Shown: one piece after another, positions 55,733-64,000 of the stretch
How the letters are laid out: every line of letters starts with the position of its first letter
Position numbering within the stretch: the stretch's first letter is position 1
Origin: the human T2T-CHM13v2.0 reference genome, Homo sapiens
Direction: 5' to 3' (one strand)
Length of the DNA: 64,000 nucleotides
Assembly (NCBI RefSeq): GCF_009914755.1
Contig: NC_060926.1
Made by a program: the position numbers and the translations under genes
Notes under the pieces: model-generated
Databases searched by the model: none
The model's input: only the letters and a program-made list of their open reading frames with translations
What the model was told of the DNA's origin: nothing

Positions 55733-56010
55733 CATTCATTCAATTGTGATTTCACCTGAGCAATATTTCTTGAGGCTGTTACTGTGCATGAGGCACTATG
55801 CTTGGTGTTTTGATGAATAAGTATAAAGAAGGAGTCTAGGAGTTGAGATAAGTCATTTATAAAGCAAGAAGTGCTGTTAGATCGAGTGCTCAAATGCTAT
55901 TGGAGTTGAGGGGAAGGGGCTGTTATTTTCTGCTATCGTCATAAGAAAAGGCTTACCAAGGAGGTTGTACTTTTAGATGGATTTGATACATTTAGTCACG
56001 TAGAAGTATG
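55733..56010 (-). mobile_element. L2 3' fragment
   Basis: cattcattcaa...aatatttcttgagg...tactgtgcatgaggcactatgct. Confidence 0.55.
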
Positions 56011-56964
56011 TGGGGCATTTAGACTAAATGAGGGAAACTACACAAGTAAATATTCACGTATTGGGTAGGGGAGGCATCCCCTGGGTCCCAGCCAAACCTA
56101 TTCTTGCCCTTACGCCTTCAAGAACCTAGATTCTCCCAGCCAACTCGACATGAAAATAAGAAGAGTTGCTATTCTGATTTAAGTTCCACAACAGCTATTT
56201 TGCTGCAGCAACCAGTGAGGTCAGATGTTCAAGTTCAACATCTATGCTGCAGCAGTCTTTGACTTCCAGGTTCCCTTTTGTTAATGATGAGAAGACCCAG
56301 GGAGCATTAGCTTCTCTGGGCACCTAAGCAACTAAGTTGATGCATCCAGTTACTGTTCTGCACATGCAGAAGGCTGGTGGCAAGTAGAGATCTTGATTCA
56401 GGCTTCAGTGGGAGGTAGGTTATGTCTTATTCTCTATCCTAGCTTTACCAAAGCTCTGCATGAGGCATACTGGGCCCTCATGCAGCTTAATCAGTATTTT
56501 GTTTCTCTTTTGCTTTGCGAACAACTTCATAAATGCCGTGAGGAATGAGATGCTTGGCAAAGCAGGAATAGGGCATGCTTAGGTCTTTAACTGTGCTATC
56601 ATCTAATATTGTCAAAACCTCAACTCATTCTCAATTCCCACCCAAGCCAATTATTATTTTCCATCAGCTGATACTTTTCTATGTGAATGTGAGTGAGGAG
56701 TTGCTGATGGCCAAAATGGTACAAAAGCAGCAGATTTTTTTAAAAAAAATTTGATTGAAAGTTACTCAGAAATGCAGTCAGTAGGCAAACCAATCAATCC
56801 ATCACTGCTCCTGATCTTTCTTCATATCCAGCCTCAATTCCCTTTGGGAACAAATTAAATATCGATGGCCTCAAATTTCAAGCACTTGTGGATCTGGGAT
56901 GTTGCTCATCATTCTCAGAGTGTACCATGCGTTTCTAGATAATGAAGAAACAAAAATCACTTAC

Positions 56965-57276
56965 ATCACTCTGTAGGTCATAGGCCTTTCTTGCCTGAAT
57001 AACATCGTTCTGGTCAGGATGACACATCCATTGGTGCAAGTAATTACGATAATCAATATCACTGACAAGGGTCTGCCCCTGCTTGGCGGCCAAGACTGAC
57101 ACCATATCAGCAGGTATATTGATTTTGGCCTTTGTTTTGTGATAGTCCTCTTTGTATAGTCTCTCATTCTGAATCTGGCCTGCATGCTCAAACCAAACCA
57201 GCTTAGGATCATCTCTCATCGTCGGGACACCAACATAATGACCTTTTTGCTTCACATGTTCAGCTTTGTATTTCAG
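56965..57276 (-). CDS. NEB: NEB exon ~114 (312 nt, 3 repeats) LKYKAEHVKQKGHYVG...ARKAYDLQSD
   Basis: cag / gtaagt; ORF 56935..57255. Confidence 0.97.
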
Positions 57277-57867
57277 CTGGCGAGAAGAGGAATATAAATT
57301 CCATCAGTTTTGACAAGCACACAAGGCAGAGGGGGCTTGATCATCTACTAAGGGATATCAGCAAATTCAGCCCCCCAGCTTTTTGTTTGACACCCCCAAC
57401 TCTGAGAGCAAATAATAAAAAGCATTGAAATAAATCCATATGAAGAAACACCCATTTAAAAATAGAAAAATATTCTGCTGAGATAGCCCTAAAAATGATA
57501 AAAATAAAATTTAAAAAATAAAAATAGAGAAAAAATATATACTTGTTCTCTGATTCTGGCAATATTTTTATTCAAAGGCCTAAAGATTTTAGGGAGGGCA
57601 GAGAATATAAGAAAAAGTAAAGAATTTGAACAATTGCTTTTAAAAAAGCCAAGGGGGGTGGTGGGCGGGTGAAGAAACAAGAAAGCTCAAAGCCCATGGA
57701 AGAAAGACCGAAAAGTGAGCAGGTACTCCAACCATCACCAAGCCTGGCCAGGTCTGCCACACTGAAACTGAACACCTGGAAGGTGCTATCTCTGCCTTTG
57801 GCATAACTGGAATCCCTGGGAGCAAGGTCCCACTTTTGCAAAATGCACTCCCATCAGGATGTATTAC

Positions 57868-57975
57868 CTCACTCTGAACGTCATTGCAGTGATGGGCATG
57901 AACAAATGGCACAGCATCTGGAGGCAAAATGTAACCTGTGGCTTTTTGTCTCTCCCAGCCTTCCTTGTAGAGATA
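57868..57975 (-). CDS. NEB: NEB exon ~113 (108 nt) YLYKEGWERQKATGYILPPDAVPFVHAHHCNDVQSE
   Basis: cag / gtaata. Confidence 0.97.
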
Positions 57976-58112
57976 CTGAAAGACAGAGCCACCATAAAGG
58001 GTTAAAATGAGGAGTCAGAAGGGAGGGGTAAGTTGTGTGCATAATTATCCTACAGTTCCATTAAGGCCCTCCACTCGTACACAAACACCAGGCATGTGGG
58101 TGAAACCCATAC

Positions 58113-58214
58113 CTGGTCCAGTATCCTAGCAGCCTCCTGGGCAGTGTGCAGCAGGGGGGTTTCTGTGAGGGTGTACTTTGATTTGGTGGCATTCCAGTCT
58201 TTCCGGTATTTAAT
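58113..58214 (-). CDS. NEB: NEB exon ~112 (102 nt) IKYRKDWNATKSKYTLTETPLLHTAQEAARILDQ
   Basis: poly-T tag / gtatgg. Confidence 0.97.
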
Positions 58215-58415
58215 CTAAAAAAAAAAAAAATGAGAGGCAAGGGGGCAAGTTACTTGTTAAGAAAGCATCATGTTGTCCAAGCAATTGTTAGCATCCATCA
58301 TTTCAATGATTAAAATCTGTATTTCAGATGATTGCATTCTGAGTGTAAGTAGATGGAAAAGCTTTGGAAGTGATATCTGCATCACTGTGAGATTTTAAAA
58401 CAGCCATATACTTAC

Positions 58416-58514
58416 ATCATCGAGGATCTCGCCACTTTGTTTCGCTGTCACATAATCAACTCTGTCATCCACAGGCGTAAAGTTGAGAGTTTCTATTTTT
58501 GTGCGATATTTTTT
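58416..58514 (-). CDS. NEB: NEB exon ~111 (99 nt) KKYRTKIETLNFTPVDDRVDYVTAKQSGEILDD
   Basis: tag / gtaagt. Confidence 0.97.
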
Positions 58515-59065
58515 CTATGGGAAAGAAAGCATCTTTTAGATAGTTGTAATTCCTAGACATGTGTGAACTGAGAAGATACACTAAATTTAGAGTCCTTCTC
58601 TACTAGAAACATACAGTGCCGTATTTGAATAGCGTCTTCTTGGGAATTTGGCTTTCTTTTTAGCATTTTATTTTTTAAACAAATGCATCAGCTTCTTATG
58701 CCTCCCACAGATTTTAAAGTAGGAAGTTTGCTTAGCTCTCAAAGTTATATAATGTATCATTATGTGTACTGTAATGCACATTTTTCCAACGAAACAAACT
58801 TTTCCCAAGTATATTGCTATTGCTGACAAAAAGATTTTTCCATTTATACAATGCCAAGCATCAGTGAGTGTGCTGGATATTATATTATGGATGTGGTCCC
58901 ATAATGTGATAGCGACAGTACATTTTGAAAAATATATATGCTCAGTTTAAATCACAGCAATTGAAATGGTTAAGATTGCTGATATTAGATGACTATATTT
59001 TAGCTTGTGCATTTTGTCACTTTCTTGGGAAATGTACTGAATGTCAGGGTAAAATCTTGGAATAC

Positions 59066-59170
59066 CTCACTGAAGATGTCCGCGGCATGTTTGGCATGAT
59101 TGACGGACACGGAGTCATTTGGCATCCACCCAATTCCACGCAACCATTCCAAGTCAGCCTTGTAAACATT
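59066..59170 (-). CDS. NEB: NEB exon ~110 (105 nt) NVYKADLEWLRGIGWMPNDSVSVNHAKHAADIFSE
   Basis: cag / gtattc; WLRGIG. Confidence 0.97.
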
Positions 59171-59878
59171 CTGTGAAAACAGGGCCAGAATGAGTTCAGC
59201 AACCCTGGTCATGTGGTCCTAGTTAGCCTATCCATTGGTCTCATGAAGAAATACAATGTAAATGCTATATAAGCCAAGGAGGACATACTCAAGCAGCCAC
59301 GCAGGTAATGTAAGAAAATTAATTAGGCGGCCAGGCAGTGTGACAAACGATAGCATATATTTTTATTTAAAGGGGGTTATCCTTGATTCCATTCTGGTTA
59401 TTGTTACTAAGGGATAATTCAGAGCTGTGTCCTCTGAATTTCCAAGAGAAATGGGAAATCCGACATTTGTACACAAAAATTTTTGGATTTTAAAATCTTG
59501 GCAACTTAATTCAAAATTTCTAAACACTGTATCAATTAAAAAAGCATGTCTGTGCCTACATCCTGTCCATGGGCTGCCAATATTTTACTGGATATAAGCC
59601 TCTATTGCTATCTAAATTCTATAGAAAGAATATTTTCACAGTTTTCTTTAATCTGATACAATTAAGACCTGTATTCATACTACCATTTATTTCTTGATAT
59701 AAAGTCCAGGTCCTTCTTGGATTTGGTGATTTTGATACCATACTATAAGGTCTCACTAATATTAAATTCTTGGTGATATGAAGTCGTAAAATGATGACAG
59801 AAGGGGTTAGTGTCATAAACTCTCTGGAAGTCATGGCAAACTGAGAAAAGAGTTCAACCCCAAATGCAGCCCACTCAC

Positions 59879-60190
59879 ATCGCTCTGCAGTTCGTAGGCC
59901 TTCTTGGCCTGAATCACATCGTTCTGGTCGGGCATGCAGGTCCACTGGTGCAGGTAATTGCGGTAATCCATGTCACTGACCAGAGCCTGGGAATTTTTAG
60001 AGTGCAGGATGGAAAGCATGTCCACAGGGCTCTGGATCTTGGCCTTCCATTTGGCCCAGTCCAGCCGGTACTCTCGTTCATTCTGGAGCTTGTCAGCTAT
60101 GAGGGCCCAGCGGATCTTGTTGTCATCCCTGGCTGTGAGGGTGCCCACGTAGTGTCCCTTCTGCTTCTCATGGTCAAGCTTATATTTATA
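59879..60190 (-). CDS. NEB: NEB exon ~109 (312 nt, 3 repeats) YKYKLDHEKQKGHYVG...AKKAYELQSD
   Basis: cag / gtgagt; ORF 59831..60202. Confidence 0.97.
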
Positions 60191-60294
60191 CTGGAGATGC
60201 AAAAATAAAGCAGATGGGTCACAGCATGTCCTCTTGATGCACCTAGGGCATCGGCTGAAAAAAAAAAACTGAGAAGTTAAAAAAGGCCACTCAC

Positions 60295-60399
60295 GTCACT
60301 GGCAATCTCCCTGGAGGCCTTGGCAGCCTGGATGGGGATGGCATCCAGCCGGACATCACAGCCCGCCTTCATTTCATCCCAGCCCTCACGGTAAAGTTT
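60295..60399 (-). CDS. NEB: NEB exon ~108 (105 nt) KLYREGWDEMKAGCDVRLDAIPIQAAKASREIASD
   Basis: cag / gtgagt. Confidence 0.97.
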
Positions 60400-60617
60400 C
60401 TGAAAAGGAGAAAAATAAGGTATCATCCTAGATTCAAATTTGCCAATACCTTCAATGGCTCAGGTGGAATTAATACCACAGGGGCACAGTTTTGAAGCCC
60501 AAGGACTTGAGAGCAGTTAAAGAAGAGCATAGGTGAGAATCATTCTATGCACCATTGTCCTGGAACATGTAATGGTGTCTGGAGTCCAAAGGTCTGGGCT
60601 TGACAATCTCCTTTCTT

Positions 60618-61112
<495 letters not shown>

Positions 61113-61837
61113 TTTAAATTTGAATGATAGCCTTGAAGTAGTTGCTCATGCTTTATAATCTCGTTCATAAAAAGGGTTTGGCTTTGTTTTCTTGTGTTGG
61201 TGTATTGGTAACATTGAGATAACTTTAGACATTAATGGGTTATTGAATTTCTTTAATGCAATAATTCAATTTATTTATCTCTAATTCAATTCAGTTTTGT
61301 AACCTTCAGAATTGTAAACTTGTTACATTTGTGGGTTTTTTTCAATATGGCTTTTTTGATCTTATATGATTAATGATCCATATCATTTGGTAATGTTAGA
61401 TCTTCCGCTGAAGCATGATTGGATGTCACAGCTATTTTTTTGGTTGTAAAGAGAAGTTAACTAAAGTAGTGACTGATTTACAAGTATTTTAAAAATGTAT
61501 GTAAATATATGTTCATATTTTAATGGATACATTGTGTATTAACAAATAACAGAGAGACTCGGAAATAATAGTAATTTAAACATATAATTCACAAATCATA
61601 CCTATCAGTAGGGGATCTTCTACAGCACAGAAAGAAGTGGATTTTAATTAGTGACAGTTTTGTAGCTTTTGCATGTCTGAAAAATGAGTGCTCAAATTTT
61701 ATCCTTGTAAGCATGGACAGGTTTTATATGAATTTTCAATCAAGCTTTTGTATAAATTTTGAGTAGGCCTATTTTGACAACTGACTTGTTTTCTGTACAG
61801 AAGAAAAAATATTCTCCATATTAAAATGTACAAGAAG

Positions 61838-62135
61838 GGCTGGGTGCAGTGGCTTACGCCTATAATCCCAGCACTTTGGGAGGCCGAGGCAGGTGGATCA
61901 CTTGAAGTCAGGAGTTTGAGACCAGCCTAGCCAACATGGTGAAACCTTGTCTCTATTAAAAATACACAAATTAGCTGGGTGTGGTGGCACACACCTGTAA
62001 TCCCAGCTACTAGAGATGCTGAGGCAGGAGCATCGCTTGAACCCGGGAGGCAGAAGTTTCAGCAAGCTGAGATCACGCCACTGTACTCCAGCCTGGGTGA
62101 CAGAGCAAGACTCCCTCTCAAAAAATAAATAAATA
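61838..62135 (+). mobile_element. AluS-like
   Basis: Full dimer with (AAAT)n tail. Confidence 0.93.
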
Positions 62136-62269
62136 AAGTAATTAATTAATTAAACTACAAAATAGTTAATGCAAACGTGTATTATGTTATCTTTTTACTT
62201 TTTGTTTTCATTCTATTTTATTATGCACATTTTCACACTATTTCTTATGTAATGCTTTTTATGAGATTG

Positions 62270-62648
<379 letters not shown>

Positions 62649-63762
62649 AGTATGTATATATTTTTAACTAAAAAAAAAAAAAAAAAGCCCGGGGCCTGAG
62701 ACCCAATGTTTTCAGCTACTAACTTTGAGAACATGGGAAAATTTCTTAACTTTTAAAAATCTCAATTTACCATCTGATAAAAACAAAATAACAATATCTT
62801 ACTCAATGTAGTGAGCATGAAGATTACATGAGTCACTTTAACGTGAATTTGCTTTGTTACCCATAAAATCACATACAAATATTCTGCTAAAGTTGTGCTT
62901 TCTAAATAACGGCAGCAGTTTTAAATTGTGGGTTTAATCAAGATTACAGTAATGGTGATACATTTGTAAAGAAAATGCTGTATAGTTTGGTTAGCATTCA
63001 AATGGGGTGTTTGATTTCTTCCAAAATGGAAGTCATTCTCATTAATATCTTAATAAAGTTAATAATTTTACTTTTAGCATAATTTTGAATATTAGTCTTG
63101 TTCATATAATATCAATGGTAAGGTTCTGGTGTTTTCAGCTGAGAAATTTATCATGCAAAAGAGAGCATATGTGACTTTCCAGAATTCTCCTGCCACAGAT
63201 GCCTATGGATTGAGTGGGAAGAGGCGTCTATACTGCAGTGAAGAACTGACTACCCCTTGATTCAGCCTCTTGACAAGAATGCGCTGCACCATGATATTGA
63301 TATCTGGTCCAAAAGAGAAAATACATCAGCGCCCTAAAATTATATTTTCTTCTTAAACACTGGAAAACATTAGTCCCCAAGTGGCTCATTATACCAGAAC
63401 TTATAGAGCTGTTTGGCACATGGTGAGGAATCTTTGCTGGCAGCCTCCTTCTCTCACAAAGACATATTATTCTTTTGAAAGCATGCAAAGTTTCAAGCCT
63501 TGGCAAATTGCACTAAGGTAGTATCCTTCTTCTTCTGAGGTCATACTATTCTACACACAAGTAATTTCTGCGATCCATGAAAATGGTATCTTCCTTGAAC
63601 TTTCTTGAATTGTGTAGCCAGCCACGTAACTGGATTATCTTGTACTCACAAATAGTTTTTTTTTTCCTCAGTTGATTCTCTTTTTTAAGACTTAAAATGA
63701 CTTCTTCTGCAAATAATGATAATTTGGCCTCTTTCTTTCCAATATTTATCTTCTGTTCTTAC

Positions 63763-64000
<238 letters not shown>

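Noticed and set aside
59864-60208. Plus-strand ORFs opposite NEB exons (also 43578, 26892, 18945)
   Set aside because: Antisense shadows of coding exons with no independent gene signals.

Overview
Primate, almost certainly human, genomic DNA lying entirely inside the nebulin gene (NEB) on the minus strand. I traced 55 consecutive GT-AG, phase-0 coding exons (99-312 nt; 6438 nt = 2146 codons if both alternative exons are counted). They encode ~35-aa nebulin repeats with SDxxYK split across exon junctions and WLKGIG-type motifs every seventh repeat. Anchored on the known mutually exclusive pair 143/144, they correspond to about exons 108-162; numbering is inferred by counting, and the gene continues past both window ends. 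Introns hold about 20 Alus, a 3.4-kb 5'-truncated antisense L1PA with 12-bp TSDs, Tigger/MER DNA transposon remnants, and L2, MIR and LTR fragments; subfamily names are from memory. Most short ORFs in the track are artefacts. The most notable signals cluster at the 143/144 switch: a perfect 20-bp-stem hairpin, TGCATG motifs, candidate poison exons and a candidate antisense terminal exon over exon 143. Other notable items are two transposons inserted directly at splice donors, a micro-L1 with an apparent 3' transduction tag, and inverted Alus bracketing a stop-free two-exon unit. No new biological system is demonstrated; these are hypotheses to test.
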